A DNA stretch of 64,000 bases from Candidatus Bathyarchaeia archaeon (GTDB taxonomy: Archaea > Thermoproteota > Bathyarchaeia > 40CM-2-53-6): positions 19,661 through 83,660 of the forward strand of contig JBEKSC010000010.1 in the NCBI GenBank assembly GCA_049517415.1, written 5' to 3'. Within the stretch, counting starts at the first letter, position 1. Each line of letters begins with the position of its first letter. Under the pieces are notes generated by a model. The model saw only the letters and a program-made list of their open reading frames with translations, did no database searches and was not told the DNA's origin. A program made the translations under genes and the position numbers. This document shows positions 10,314 to 21,475 of this stretch, piece by piece.

Positions 10314-11438
10314 ATGCGAATCCTCCACGTGGTGCACAGGTTTTTTCCGCCGACCGTAGGGGGGCTTTCATTTCACGCTCACATGCTATCCGTTGAACAG
10401 GCAAGGCTTGGACACGAAGTGGTGGTTTTTACTTCTCAGGAGCATGGTTATCCTGAGTACGAGCGAAAGGATGGGTACGAGATCTATAGATTTAAGCCGT
10501 TAGTTCGACCGATGGACAATCCGCTTAACTTCCGATTGTTGTCATCACTACTCAAGTACGATGCATTCGACATACTTCACGCCCACTCCCACCTGATGTT
10601 CACGACTAACTTCGCGGCTCTAAAAGCGAAAACTTCCAGAAAGCCCTTCGTGATTACAAATCACGGATTCAAAGTAGAACGGGGTAAATTCCTTAACTTC
10701 GTTCAAGACGTCTACCTATCGAGTGTGGGTAGACTCTCTCTCACCGCCGCCGACTCCGTTGTGAGCTTCACTGATTCGGAACGTAAGAAGACGATCAATG
10801 CGGGTGTCGCTTCTAGGCGAGCAGTCCTCATTCCAAACGGGGTTGACACGAAGTTCTTCCGTCCCCTTGCTGTTGAACCTGTCCCTCATAGCGTGCTCTG
10901 GGCAGGGAGATATGTGCCCGAAAAGGGCGTGCGCTTCCTTCTGGAAGCAGCTAAGATTGTCGTGAATGCGTTTCCTGATGCAAGATTTTTCCTTGTAGGT
11001 TATGGCAAAGGTTTGGCTGAGACGATTAGATTCAGAAATGTTCTCGGTCTAAGCAACCACGTAGACATGTTCAATGTAATGGAGCAAGGGAGATTACTGA
11101 AGTTGCTCAACCGGTGCACCCTCTTCGTATTGCCGAGTCTCAGTGAGGGACTTCCAAGCACTGTCCTTGAAGCGATGTCCTGCGGAAAGCCAGTCGTCCT
11201 TACTGCCAATATTGGCCTGGAAGAAGTAGTCGGTGACGCCGGTCTCTATTTCCCTAGGCGAGATTCGAAAGCGTTAGCCAACGCTATAGTGACCCTTCTG
11301 GCAAACAAGGAGTTAGGTGATGAGCTTGGAAAACGGGGGAGGGAGAGGGTAAGATCATCGTACGATTGGCCTCAAATTGTTGAAAAGGTAAACGCATTGT
11401 ACACCAAAGTGATCGAGAATAAGCGACGGTCGGATTGA
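10314..11438 (+). CDS. GT4 glycosyltransferase
   Basis: IPNGVD, GR...EKG, PSLSEGLPSTVLEAMSCGKPVV. Confidence 0.92.
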   Translation: MRILHVVHRFFPPTVGGLSFHAHMLSVEQARLGHEVVVFTSQEHGYPEYERKDGYEIYRFKPLVRPMDNPLNFRLLSSLLKYDAFDILHAHSHLMFTTNFAALKAKTSRKPFVITNHGFKVERGKFLNFVQDVYLSSVGRLSLTAADSVVSFTDSERKKTINAGVASRRAVLIPNGVDTKFFRPLAVEPVPHSVLWAGRYVPEKGVRFLLEAAKIVVNAFPDARFFLVGYGKGLAETIRFRNVLGLSNHVDMFNVMEQGRLLKLLNRCTLFVLPSLSEGLPSTVLEAMSCGKPVVLTANIGLEEVVGDAGLYFPRRDSKALANAIVTLLANKELGDELGKRGRERVRSSYDWPQIVEKVNALYTKVIENKRRSD

Positions 11439-11487
11439 CACAATTGTCTTCCCGACTCCTTGAGTGTCAGAGGACCTCATCTCCTCG

Positions 11488-12570
11488 TTATTCCGGCTTG
11501 TTGTAATCACGACCCCTTAGAAGGTCCCGGAGGGTCATGCGACGGGCATGCTTAAGAATTCGGTCGTCGGAAACGAGTCTAATACTCTGTACGATCACTC
11601 GTTTCTTCCAGTTCTTGCGAAAATCCTTTACGGCTGCTAGAAGTGCAACTGTGAATCCGAATGCTTCGTGCGCTCGTCGTTTGGAAATGAGGTACAAGAT
11701 TGTGGCCACTTGAACCATAAGATGGCCGAGGCCGTACGTTAGGAGACTTCGGCTTTCGAAATTCTTTACGAGTGTCGCGATATAGTTTCGCCCAGAGTAG
11801 AAGCTCGGCACGGTCATTGCGTGAACCTGCTTGCCCGAAGCGGCCCCGGCGATGTGATAAACAACCGAAGAAGCAGCGAACTCAATTGAGTAGCCACGAA
11901 GCCTAAGCCGCCAGGAAAGGTCAATGTCTTCGTAGTACATGAAGTAGTCAGCGTCGAAGCCGTCGACTTCATGAAAGACCCGCTCTCTGACGAGCATTGC
12001 TGCTCCCCTTGCACTGAAAATCTCTCTTTTCGAATCGTATTGTCCTCGGTCGATAATGCCCTTCCCACGAGAATACGGCCAGCCAACTGTACATATGAAA
12101 TCTCCTGCACTGTCCAGCTTCTTCCTATCGGACATCATGAGTAGTTTGCTCTGTGCGGCGGCAACCGACGGATGACCCTCCAAAATTGACACAAGATTCC
12201 CGACTGCGCTGGGCATAGCCTTTGTATCAAAGTTGAGAAAGAACAAGTATTCTCCATTCGCTCTGTGGGCACCTAGGTTAGAGCCAGCGGCGAACCCCAA
12301 ATTTCGTTCACAAATAACGAGCACAACGTGGTCGCTTTTCTTGTACCTCCGGGATAAGTACTGAGCGCTGCCATCGGTTGAAGCGTTATCTACCACTATC
12401 ACTTCTAATTGCTTATAGCTGGACCGAAGTATAGAATCTAGGCAGCGTCCGATAACTTTCATACCGTTGTAGTTTACAACAATAACAGAGACCAGACGGC
12501 CTGGTTCAGCGAGGTATGTGCCGTCGTTCCTTGTGCGCAATGTACGCGCGCTGGGTGACGGGCGCCTCAT
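11488..12570 (-). CDS. GT2 glycosyltransferase (rhamnosyltransferase-like)
   Basis: VSVIVVNYNG, VVDNASTDGS, NLGFAAGSN, FLNFD, FMYYEDIDLSWR; near the rml genes. Start uncertain. Confidence 0.88.
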   Translation of the reverse strand: MRRPSPSARTLRTRNDGTYLAEPGRLVSVIVVNYNGMKVIGRCLDSILRSSYKQLEVIVVDNASTDGSAQYLSRRYKKSDHVVLVICERNLGFAAGSNLGAHRANGEYLFFLNFDTKAMPSAVGNLVSILEGHPSVAAAQSKLLMMSDRKKLDSAGDFICTVGWPYSRGKGIIDRGQYDSKREIFSARGAAMLVRERVFHEVDGFDADYFMYYEDIDLSWRLRLRGYSIEFAASSVVYHIAGAASGKQVHAMTVPSFYSGRNYIATLVKNFESRSLLTYGLGHLMVQVATILYLISKRRAHEAFGFTVALLAAVKDFRKNWKKRVIVQSIRLVSDDRILKHARRMTLRDLLRGRDYNKPE

Positions 12571-13613
12571 TAAGACGCATCCTTACGCCGTGCGATGACA
12601 TTCGCGAATTTCTGGGCTACGACTCTAACCGAATACTCACGGTTTACGGTCTGCCTTCCGCGACCGCCCATGCCATCCCGGAATCTTCCATCTTCGATTA
12701 GTCGAGAGATTTTGTCCAGCCAGTCCGCGGTCGAGGTGGCTAGGTAGCCGTTAATTCCATTACGGATTATGAAATTGTGCTCACCGACAGCGCTGGCAAC
12801 CACGGGAATAGCCATTGACATATACTCTAAGGCTTTCAATGCGCATTTGCTTCTCGACCATAGGCTGTCTGTTAACGGTGAGAGGCCTATGTCTACATCC
12901 GCTAAACTGGCGGGCATCCGTTCATATGGTATCCATTCGTCTCGTCCGAATTCCGTCTGCAATCCAGGTATTCCATTGAATATGCTCTGAACCTTGCGAT
13001 TTCCCATTGACCCGATCAGTTTCAGTCTAATGTCATAACGCTCTGCGAGCTGTGTCAAGACTGGCACTAGGATCCGTAAGCTATGCAGTTGGGTGTACGC
13101 GGTTCCGTGCCAGCCTAGAACAAACTCGCCTCGTCTTCGGCTCCGGACTTTCGGGCTAAAGATCTCTGTCGGGACTGGTGTCGGAATCAAGGCAACCTTC
13201 CTGTTCCATTTCCTGGCGTATGCGGCAAGTTGGTGGCTTCCTACGGTAACTATGTCGCTTTTCGCGGAGAAAAATTCTGTAAGAACCGGATCTTGAAGGA
13301 AGATTGCGTCGTCAATGTCGAATATGGTCGTCTTGTTCGTAGCCCGGCTTGCCAAATGAAGGAACGGTTCGATCGGAGCCTCGGGAACGTTCGTTAGGGG
13401 GAATTGAAGTCTGTGGAAGACAACTACGTCACTTTTTCTAATCTCTTGCAAGAGTCTTGAGAAATCGCGGGTCCTCCGGAAGAGCACGGTGCACGAGAAT
13501 CCTAGTCTGTCAAGTTCACTGGCGAGCTGAGAACATCTGACAATAGTTGAGGGAGTTGGCTTTCCTCTCAATCCCCAGAGTCTTGTAATCTGGCCAAAGA
13601 ACAGAATCTTCAT
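12570..13613 (-). CDS. GT4 glycosyltransferase
   Basis: FDIDDA, DIGLSPL, SKCALKALEYMSMAIPVVAS. Confidence 0.88.
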   Translation of the reverse strand: MKILFFGQITRLWGLRGKPTPSTIVRCSQLASELDRLGFSCTVLFRRTRDFSRLLQEIRKSDVVVFHRLQFPLTNVPEAPIEPFLHLASRATNKTTIFDIDDAIFLQDPVLTEFFSAKSDIVTVGSHQLAAYARKWNRKVALIPTPVPTEIFSPKVRSRRRGEFVLGWHGTAYTQLHSLRILVPVLTQLAERYDIRLKLIGSMGNRKVQSIFNGIPGLQTEFGRDEWIPYERMPASLADVDIGLSPLTDSLWSRSKCALKALEYMSMAIPVVASAVGEHNFIIRNGINGYLATSTADWLDKISRLIEDGRFRDGMGGRGRQTVNREYSVRVVAQKFANVIARRKDAS

Positions 13614-13784
13614 AGATCCGTTAGAACCAGCTTAGCTTTGCTCCAGGAACCGCATTTCACAGCCCGCTCTTGCGGGACAAGGATTTCGGTGCGCGGTATA
13701 ATAGCGTGCAGGCGACCGCGCCAAAGTTTCTTGGCGTCATGTTCAATCCTTCACGCCGGTTAGGAAACAGAGGCCTATTCGTTT

Positions 13785-14669
13785 TCACTTTAGCGTGACT
13801 TCGCTTGCAAATTCCTTGAGTGCTTCATCTATGGCACCCGGTTTCTTATCAAGTAGCTGTGCGGCCTTCCCGACATCGAGTGATGAATCTTTAGGTCTTC
13901 TTGCCTTCCAACCGGTCGCGGAGTGAGTTATCGGTGTCAGCAAACCATCGTTGAAATCGCAGATCCTTGAGAGTTTCAAAGCGAATTCGTATCTGCTTAT
14001 TGGTGCGGCGCCCGCCATATGGATGATGCCAGTCAACCTGCGCTCCGCTGCTTCCAGAAGCATTTTGGCGAGATTAGTGTTGAGAGTTGGGGATGCGATT
14101 TGGTCGGTAACCACACCCACCGGTTGGCCCGCTCGCAACTTGGCGACCAGCCAAGTGGCGAAATTTGGCCGGTAAGCTCGATCCCATCCATACAGTACGC
14201 TCGTTCTGGCCAGTAGGTAGTGGATTGCGTTATGGGCCAGTTCCGTCTCGCCAAAAAGCTTCGAGCGTCCGTACACATTGATTGGGCCAATTTTGTCGTC
14301 CTCTCGGTAATGGCCGCGCTCACCATCGAACACATAGTCGGTTGATAAGTGAATTAGAAAAGACCCGGTCTTGTTGCATGCCCGCGCAATAATTCCCACT
14401 GCCTGGCCGTTCACCCGCATTGCAAGCTCCGGTTGTTCCTCGCATAAGTCAACGTCTGTTAGGGAGGCTGTGTTGAAGACGACATCTGGTTTGATCGATA
14501 AGATGGCCTCCTGCACTTTCGCCTCATTCGTTGCGTCAAGGCAGATAGGAACTCCATAACTCGGTCTATGTTGACTATATGCAGAGGTGACAGCGTGGCC
14601 CGATTGAAGTGCGTACTCTGTCAGTTTTGTTCCGAGAAGTCCGCTGGCGCCGGTGACGAGGACCTTCAC
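13785..14669 (-). CDS. rmlD: dTDP-4-dehydrorhamnose reductase
   Basis: VTGASGLLG, TDVDLCE, STDYVFDG, YGRSK, DQIASPT, RRPKDSSL. Confidence 0.93.
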   Translation of the reverse strand: MKVLVTGASGLLGTKLTEYALQSGHAVTSAYSQHRPSYGVPICLDATNEAKVQEAILSIKPDVVFNTASLTDVDLCEEQPELAMRVNGQAVGIIARACNKTGSFLIHLSTDYVFDGERGHYREDDKIGPINVYGRSKLFGETELAHNAIHYLLARTSVLYGWDRAYRPNFATWLVAKLRAGQPVGVVTDQIASPTLNTNLAKMLLEAAERRLTGIIHMAGAAPISRYEFALKLSRICDFNDGLLTPITHSATGWKARRPKDSSLDVGKAAQLLDKKPGAIDEALKEFASEVTLK

Positions 14670-14670
14670 G

Positions 14671-15675
14671 TCACCATCTCACTTTCCATGGAGCTGAGGA
14701 CAGGATCTTTGGGTCGGCCACCAAGGGTCTCCACCACCATTCATTCTGTACATACCAATCGACTGTTTCCCTGAGCGCCTGAGGGAACGTATGTTTCGGC
14801 TTCCAACCGAGTTGAGACCGTAGGAGGTTCGAGTCGAGGGCGTAGCGGAAGTCATGTCCCGGGCGGTCTTCGACATGTTCGATTAGTGACTGCTCCTTAT
14901 CTAAGAGCTTCAATATCGACGAGGCGACTTGAATGTTTTCGATTTGGTTTCCGCCTGATATATTGTAGATCGCTCCAGGTTCACCTTCACGGAGAACTTG
15001 GTATACGGCCTCACAGTGGTCGCTGACGTGTACCCAGTCCCGAATTTGATGTCCTGAGCCGTAGAGAGGAACTCGAAGGCCAAGGAGGGCGGTGATGATG
15101 GTTTTTGATATGAATTTCTCCGGATACTGGTATGGGCCGAAATTGTTTGTGCATCGCGTGATGTATGTTCTTAGGCCGTATGTCTTGCGGTAGACTTGGA
15201 CTAGCGTGTCTGCGGCCGCCTTTGAACCAGCATAAGGAGATGACGGATCGAGTTTATCCGTCTCCTTGAAGGTGATGTTGGCATTGGCTGAACCATACAC
15301 CTCATCGGTTGAAATCTGTAGAAAAGCTATGTCGCTGCCTCTACACGCTTCGAGTAATGCGAGTACTCCGAATGCATTGTTTTCGAAGAAAATGTTTGGA
15401 GTTGAGATGCTTCGGTCTACATGTGTTTCGGCGGCGAAGTTAACGATAGCGTCCACGTCCTTACATAGGCGTCCTACGAGCTGAGTGTCCGTTATGCTAC
15501 CCTTGATGAATTTGTAGCCCGTACGATTCTCAAGATCGTTCAAGTTCAAAGGGTTAGAGCCGTAACCTAGTTTGTCAAGGTTCACCGCAGTAACAGCGTC
15601 GTCTAATGAGAGGACGTAGCGTAGGAAGTTTGAGCCGATAAAACCCATTCCTCCTGTCACGAGCAGTCTTAGCAA
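14671..15675 (-). CDS. rmlB: dTDP-glucose 4,6-dehydratase
   Basis: VTGGMGFIGSNF, NFAAETHVDRSI, ISTDEVYGS, PYAGSK, DRPGHDFRYA. Confidence 0.95.
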   Translation of the reverse strand: MLRLLVTGGMGFIGSNFLRYVLSLDDAVTAVNLDKLGYGSNPLNLNDLENRTGYKFIKGSITDTQLVGRLCKDVDAIVNFAAETHVDRSISTPNIFFENNAFGVLALLEACRGSDIAFLQISTDEVYGSANANITFKETDKLDPSSPYAGSKAAADTLVQVYRKTYGLRTYITRCTNNFGPYQYPEKFISKTIITALLGLRVPLYGSGHQIRDWVHVSDHCEAVYQVLREGEPGAIYNISGGNQIENIQVASSILKLLDKEQSLIEHVEDRPGHDFRYALDSNLLRSQLGWKPKHTFPQALRETVDWYVQNEWWWRPLVADPKILSSAPWKVRW

Positions 15676-15756
15676 TGTGGCTAGTTTTCTCCCTCTAGGT
15701 TCGCCTATCCTCTCGTCCGATCGGCCTATCCCTGGCTTTTTCGTTTGGCTTGTGCG

Positions 15757-16329
15757 TTAAGCCTTCCGTTTCAACTGGAAGTTGTTGTCAGCGTCTTTGA
15801 GGAGTGGGGCTTCCGAGTCTTTCTTGGATAGGATTGGGTTGGATATGGGCCATTGGATTCCGATGGCAGGGTCATTCCATCGGATGTTTCGGTCATGCGC
15901 CGCGCTGAACTCACACGTAACTTTGTACGCAATGTCAGTCTCCTCCGTCATGCTCAGAATCCCGTGCGCAAAACCTTCGGGAATCCATACCATCGCGGGT
16001 TGCTTCGCAGAAAGGTATGTTGAAATCCAGCGCCCGTATGTTGGCGACCCTTTTCGAATGTCAACGGCCACGTCAAATACTTCTCCCAGAATGCATCGGA
16101 CCAACTTGCCTTGGGCGGCGGGGGCCTTTTGGTAGTGTAGCCCCCTAAGCACGCCCTTCGCAACCGACTTCGAGTGGTTGTCTTGGACAAACTCGTAGCC
16201 TATTCCATGTTCGGCGAACTTGCTCTTCTTGTAGGTTTCCGCGAACCAACCACGCTCGTCGTCGTATGTGTCTGGTTGAATCTTGAGGATCTCAGTAAGG
16301 ATTTTGGAGGGTTTGAAATCAAATCCCAT
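15757..16329 (-). CDS. rmlC: dTDP-4-dehydrorhamnose 3,5-epimerase
   Basis: [45 protein letters not shown]. Start set at ATG 16329 (MGFDFK), overlapping the rmlA stop. Confidence 0.95.
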   Translation of the reverse strand: MGFDFKPSKILTEILKIQPDTYDDERGWFAETYKKSKFAEHGIGYEFVQDNHSKSVAKGVLRGLHYQKAPAAQGKLVRCILGEVFDVAVDIRKGSPTYGRWISTYLSAKQPAMVWIPEGFAHGILSMTEETDIAYKVTCEFSAAHDRNIRWNDPAIGIQWPISNPILSKKDSEAPLLKDADNNFQLKRKA

Positions 16330-17236
16330 GATCTTCGGCCCCGTGCTGGTCGCTGAATTCGTGTGGGTCGGAGGCGATGGCTCGGAGATAGTCGCCGTAT
16401 TCGCCACTGTATTTTTCTGCGAGCTGTACTAGTTTTCTTGCGTCAATGAAGTGCATTCGGTAAGCCACTTCCTCCAGGCAGGCAACCTTTAGGCCTTGCC
16501 TGTGTTCGATTGCTGCGAAGTATTGCGCAGACTCAAGTAGAGCGTCCGCCGTACCTGTATCGAGCCAAGCGACGCCCCGTCCCAACCGGATCAGCCTTAA
16601 CTTGCCTCGGCGGAGAAACTCTTTGTTTACGTCTGTGATTTCGAGCTCGCCGCGGGCTGACGGTTTTAGGTTGGCCGCGATTTCCAGAACATTGTTATCG
16701 TAGAGGTAGAGGCCGGTGATCGCGTAGTTAGATTTAGGCTCTTTCGGTTTCTCCTGTATGTCAATCAGTCGGCCTTCGCTGTCGAATTCCGCCACACCAT
16801 ACCTCTCGGCATCCTTGACCGCATAACCGAAAACGGTTGCGCCCACATTTTCCGCAACGGCTCTTTGGAACAACCCGGACAAACCTTGACCGTAGAAGAT
16901 GTTATCGCCCAAGATGAGCGCTACTGAATCTGATTTCACAAAATCCCGTCCGATAAGGAAGGCTTCAGCTATTCCAGCAGGGCGAGCTTGCGCCGCGTAA
17001 GCGAGCAAGATGCCCAGCTCAGCACCGTCTCCTAGTAACCGTTCGTACAGAGGTAGGTCCTGCGGGGAGCTGATGACTAGGATGTCGCGAATCCCCGCAA
17101 GCATCAAAGTGCTTAGGGGATAAAAGATCATGGGCTTATCGTAGATTGGAAGGAGGTGTTTGCTGATTGTACGCGTCATTGGGTATAGTCGCGTTCCGAA
17201 GCCGCCGGCAAGAACAATGCCTTTCAAGTCTTTCAC
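16319..17236 (-). CDS. rmlA: Glucose-1-phosphate thymidylyltransferase
   Basis: [58 protein letters not shown]. Confidence 0.96.
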   Translation of the reverse strand: MKDLKGIVLAGGFGTRLYPMTRTISKHLLPIYDKPMIFYPLSTLMLAGIRDILVISSPQDLPLYERLLGDGAELGILLAYAAQARPAGIAEAFLIGRDFVKSDSVALILGDNIFYGQGLSGLFQRAVAENVGATVFGYAVKDAERYGVAEFDSEGRLIDIQEKPKEPKSNYAITGLYLYDNNVLEIAANLKPSARGELEITDVNKEFLRRGKLRLIRLGRGVAWLDTGTADALLESAQYFAAIEHRQGLKVACLEEVAYRMHFIDARKLVQLAEKYSGEYGDYLRAIASDPHEFSDQHGAEDHGI

Positions 17237-17532
17237 GTAGCAACGTCAAACAAAACAATTCGAACAGTTAAATAAAACGCTAGTCCCGAACGTAGAAAAC
17301 GGAAAGCCCAAACGAACTCGCCGTCATTTGTTCCATGAAGAATTCGGCTCATAAACTTTCTTTATGTATGGGGTCTTGGGAAACTCTCGGGTCTTTTCTT
17401 CAGATATGCGACATCTGGTCTCCGCCGATAGTCAAATCTCGGTACGACATCGATTCGGTGTTACTCCTAATAACGAGCTCAAAGTTAACTGTCAAGGAAT
17501 CGCGGCAATAGTATTTGTAAGCTCCCCAGGAA

Positions 17533-18852
17533 TTGCGAAAGAGATTATCGATTATGACATTTCCTGCGAGAAGAAATGAGGGATACCCTTTCCAACCGCA
17601 GAGATGGCGACAGGTTAAGGCTCGTATCGATTCGCAGCTGAGGAAGACCCCGCGCCTCCACAAATGGGTAAGATGGAGTTGGACAACGGGCAAGTGGCTT
17701 ATGCTTTCATGCAAGTGCCGAATTGCGACTCTGTTCGCCAGTGACATAGCAAAGGCGATTGGCATTAACAAGACTCTGTGGGTATCCCCGAAAAAGATAG
17801 TGTATTGTTCCTCTCGCGACTTCGGCATCTACGATTTCAAAGGCGCAGTCATCGGAGGAAATTGGGATCGTCGTGGGAGAAAGTTTGATGACTTGGATGT
17901 TTATGTTGCATTCAAAGAGGTATTTATGGAAGGAAAGAGTTGGCCAGAGACCGTGTTCTATCAGCGTATTCAAGATTCTTTGAAAACCCGCGAATTCTTG
18001 TATGATTGTGCTGATCGGAACGCGATTGAACGCACATGCGAAGAACTTGAGGCTCTATTTTGGGCGATAAAGAGTGAAGGGTACAAATCACAGCGCGAAC
18101 TGCGAAGGTTGGCCACTGATGACGAAGTAACGATCAGCATAGGGCGTAACGGCGAGTTGCTTTTCAGCAGCGGCGCTCATAGGCTAGCTATCGCTAAACT
18201 TCTAGGAATAGAACGGATACCAGTTACGGTAGCTGTCAGACATCCCGGGTGGATAACTTTCGTAGAGGACCTCTTGAACTATTCGGGAAGGCTTGATTGT
18301 GTAACGCATCCCGACCTAAGAGACATCCCGGCTTTGCACAGATGCGAGGACAGGTTCATGATGATCAAGCATAACATGTCAGCTAAAGGGGGGCGTCTTC
18401 TTGACCTTGCGGCGAGCTTGGGCTACTTTTGCCACAGGTTCGAGGATGAAGGCTTCGAATGCTACGCCGTAGAAGACTCAAAGGAAAGACTCTACTTCTT
18501 GCAGAGACTCCGAAAAGCGGAGAACAAGAAATTCAAGATTATGGCCGGGTCAATAGGCGAATGGCCGCAAGTCGATAAAATGCGTTTCGATGTTGTTTTG
18601 GCCTTGAATGTGTTTCACCACGCTCTAAAGACGAAATATTCCTGTTCCCAACTCGCCACTCAGTTGAATCGTCTTAACGTACGCGAGCTATTCTTCGAGA
18701 CCCCCAATGACGCTGATTCTCAAATGAAGGATGCATATAGAAAATACACTCCGTCTGAATTTGTTCAATTCATAATGCGGAACTCCAAATTCAAGAAGGC
18801 AGCACTCATCGGCAAGACAGAGGATGACACGACGATGTATAGACTATCATAA
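17533..18852 (+). CDS. Two-domain protein: N-terminal ParB/Srx-like domain plus C-terminal class I SAM-dependent methyltransferase
   Basis: ISIGRNGELLFSSGAHRLAIAKLLG (ParB/Srx-like GxHR); LLDLAASLGYF and FDVVLALNVFHH (SAM-MTase motifs). Start uncertain. Confidence 0.65.
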   Translation: MRKRLSIMTFPARRNEGYPFQPQRWRQVKARIDSQLRKTPRLHKWVRWSWTTGKWLMLSCKCRIATLFASDIAKAIGINKTLWVSPKKIVYCSSRDFGIYDFKGAVIGGNWDRRGRKFDDLDVYVAFKEVFMEGKSWPETVFYQRIQDSLKTREFLYDCADRNAIERTCEELEALFWAIKSEGYKSQRELRRLATDDEVTISIGRNGELLFSSGAHRLAIAKLLGIERIPVTVAVRHPGWITFVEDLLNYSGRLDCVTHPDLRDIPALHRCEDRFMMIKHNMSAKGGRLLDLAASLGYFCHRFEDEGFECYAVEDSKERLYFLQRLRKAENKKFKIMAGSIGEWPQVDKMRFDVVLALNVFHHALKTKYSCSQLATQLNRLNVRELFFETPNDADSQMKDAYRKYTPSEFVQFIMRNSKFKKAALIGKTEDDTTMYRLS

Positions 18853-18993
18853 GAGTGTACAAAATGAAATGTCGCACATTTTCAGGTTGCTTCGAGTCAC
18901 CTAGACAAGCTGGGTCAAGCTTCGGGTTTAAGTCAGAAGAAGTAATCAAAAGACTATCGCCGCGCTTCAGATAAATTCGAAAGTGGTCACTAA

Positions 18994-20502
18994 TTGACTC
19001 ACTCACAACCTTCTAGTGAACTGCCCGGTGTAAGAATCGCTCGCGGCGCCTCTTATCTAATCCTGAGTGATGTGGCGAATACGTTTGTGGGCGTCCTTAC
19101 ATTCGTAATTGTTGTAAGGCTCCTTACCACGTTCGAAATTGGGTTGATGGCTACCCTTCTTTTAGTTCTCCAACTCTCTCAAACCGCTGTCGCGCTAGGT
19201 TTGCCATCAACACTAACGAAATTTGTTGCTCAAACCAAACGCCACGTCGCAAACCGTTTGATCCGCAATTGCCTGGGAGTGATCTTAACTTGTTCGATTG
19301 TGGTTGGCGCCGTCGTGGTTGTGTACAGTTCGAACCTGTCCCTTTACTTGTCGAAGACCTTGAGCTATTCACCGACATTTGTCGTGTTAGGATTTGCAAT
19401 CATCTCAGGGGGACTGTACCAACCACTCGCGGGAATCTTGATGGGACAACAAAAGATCAAAGAGTTCGCTAAACTGGACACATTGCGCTTTCTAATTCAG
19501 CAGGGACTCGCCGCAACTCTTGTGATATTGGGTTGGAGGCTTCTCGGCGTGATCATCGCTTGGGCTGTCGGATACAGTTTCTTTGCTGTCAGTGGGTATT
19601 TAGTTACTGACCCTCGAAAGGTCGGCAAAGCCGTGATCGGTTTGAAGAAGCTACTATGGTTTTCTGCACCGTTGTACGCTCGTGACTCTTTGACATTTGC
19701 CTATAATTGGGTGGACCGCGCTATTCTTCTACTGTACGTTCCGCTCACTGGGCTTGGAATCTATAATGTGGCCTTCACAGGCTTCGGTATTCTGGCAGCA
19801 ACACCCGGTAATATGGCAATGTCGCTCTTCCCTCATTACTCAAAGTTGTCAAGTGGGACCAGAGAGCGACTACAGCTATCAGTGCAATCAGCTTCGCGTT
19901 ACATCGCGCTTGTCGTTAGCCCGCTTACCCTCGGTATGGCTGCGCTTGCACCAGCGGTTATGCGAATCTTTGGACCTGCCTACCAAAGTGGAGCCGTCGC
20001 TCTAATAATTCTCAGCGTATCGCTGTTTGCTTCGCTGCCCTCTTACTCACTTGGCTCAATCCTTGTCGCTCTTAACGTTCCTTTCAAACAGTCCGCCAGT
20101 ACCATTACAAGTGTACTCATTAGCCTTCTAGTAGGCATCATCCTAGTGCCTCGGTTTGGGATAAACGGAAGTGCAATCGCGCGGGGGTTAGGAATGATCG
20201 CAAGTCTGATAATCATAATATGGCTGGTGAAGAATGAGATCGCTCTGAAGTTCGATAGCCTTGCGATTATCAAAAGCGCCGTCGCCAGCACCGTTATGGC
20301 ATTAGTATTGATTTGTCTCGAGTTCTCGCTCAGGTCGATTTTATTTTTGCCCATATTCGTTTTAGCAGGATCACTCGTTTATGTCACCATGTTGAGGCTT
20401 GAGAAGGCTATTGACCGAGCAGATCTCGAACTCTTCAAAGCTTTTGTCGGTGAAAGGTTAGCGCCGATAGTAGAACGATTCGGAGCTTGGCTAGTGACGT
20501 AG
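18994..20502 (+). CDS. Oligosaccharide flippase (Wzx/MATE-like polysaccharide biosynthesis protein)
   Basis: About 14 TM segments; ARGAS, FSAPL, DR..L, LGIYNVA, LVPRFGINGSAIA. Confidence 0.88.
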   Translation: MTHSQPSSELPGVRIARGASYLILSDVANTFVGVLTFVIVVRLLTTFEIGLMATLLLVLQLSQTAVALGLPSTLTKFVAQTKRHVANRLIRNCLGVILTCSIVVGAVVVVYSSNLSLYLSKTLSYSPTFVVLGFAIISGGLYQPLAGILMGQQKIKEFAKLDTLRFLIQQGLAATLVILGWRLLGVIIAWAVGYSFFAVSGYLVTDPRKVGKAVIGLKKLLWFSAPLYARDSLTFAYNWVDRAILLLYVPLTGLGIYNVAFTGFGILAATPGNMAMSLFPHYSKLSSGTRERLQLSVQSASRYIALVVSPLTLGMAALAPAVMRIFGPAYQSGAVALIILSVSLFASLPSYSLGSILVALNVPFKQSASTITSVLISLLVGIILVPRFGINGSAIARGLGMIASLIIIIWLVKNEIALKFDSLAIIKSAVASTVMALVLICLEFSLRSILFLPIFVLAGSLVYVTMLRLEKAIDRADLELFKAFVGERLAPIVERFGAWLVT

Positions 20503-20714
20503 GCGCGGAAGTATTGCAGATACGCGGTCACATCGGCCGCTGAACTTCACTCAAGAGAGCTTTTCTAGTTCTTGACGAGCGAACGGATTTCCTCTAGACC
20601 CCTGAAGGTGCCAATGTGAAATGGTTCTGAGCACACATCAGAGGCCATCGAACGAGAGAGCGAGGTAAGAACTAATCAGGTAGCATAGGTTACGCAAGTT
20701 GATGTGAACAACGA

Positions 20715-21215
20715 TTGAAGCCAATTCGAGGCCGAAAGCAAATAAGACGACGGGAAAGGGGATGGGTACCCGATAGGCTTTGGAGTCAAGTTAAGGCGAG
20801 TGTGCCGATTGCATGTGTTGACGTGATTATTCCTGACCCTCGCGGCACCGTTTTGCTGGGGTGGAGGACGATCCACCCATACGTTAACGTCTGGGCGCTC
20901 CCCGGTGGTAGAGTTCGCGTGGGCGAGGACGTAGCCACGGCAGCGCGGCGGATTCTCTCCGCCCACAACATCCTTGCCAATGATTTCTATTTGGTCGGAG
21001 TCTTTCCGATCAGATTCCCGTCGCGTTTTGACGTCAGCATTTGTGTTGCAGCAAGGAGCTATTCTGGGACGGCGGTTCCCGATGGAACTGAATTCACGAA
21101 CGTTCGTTGGTTCAATACCCTTCCTAAAGGGATTGGCAAGAATTACAGGAAGATGATAGAAAAGTGGCGACGGATGAAGCGCTTGCCGCAGACAATCAAA
21201 TTCAATCAGATATGA
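20715..21215 (+). CDS. NUDIX hydrolase (GDP-mannose mannosyl hydrolase-like)
   Basis: PIACVDVII, WALPGGRVRVGEDVATAARR; altered Nudix box lacking the REUXEE glutamates. Confidence 0.75.
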   Translation: MKPIRGRKQIRRRERGWVPDRLWSQVKASVPIACVDVIIPDPRGTVLLGWRTIHPYVNVWALPGGRVRVGEDVATAARRILSAHNILANDFYLVGVFPIRFPSRFDVSICVAARSYSGTAVPDGTEFTNVRWFNTLPKGIGKNYRKMIEKWRRMKRLPQTIKFNQI

Positions 21216-21475
21216 CTATTGGCGTTTGCTCTAGTTGTATAGCATATGTTATACAGGTGGATTGGAGTCTCTGATTTCTTACGTTCTTAGTTCTTAGCGT
21301 TAGGAAGCATTCTGGTCCCCACAAGAGCCACCCTCATGCGAACCCCGTTAACAATAACCCGGTCCAATCCGTAGCATGTGTAATCAGAACCTAGAAGTGC
21401 AGAGGTTGGATTTCATCTGGAGATATCTTATAGGATACCTGAGGATTGTCTTGAGTCAGTTGCAATCCTATTGAT

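Noticed and set aside
16330..16407. N-terminal extension of rmlC
   Set aside because: It lies inside rmlA; ATG 16329 gives a normal-length RmlC.
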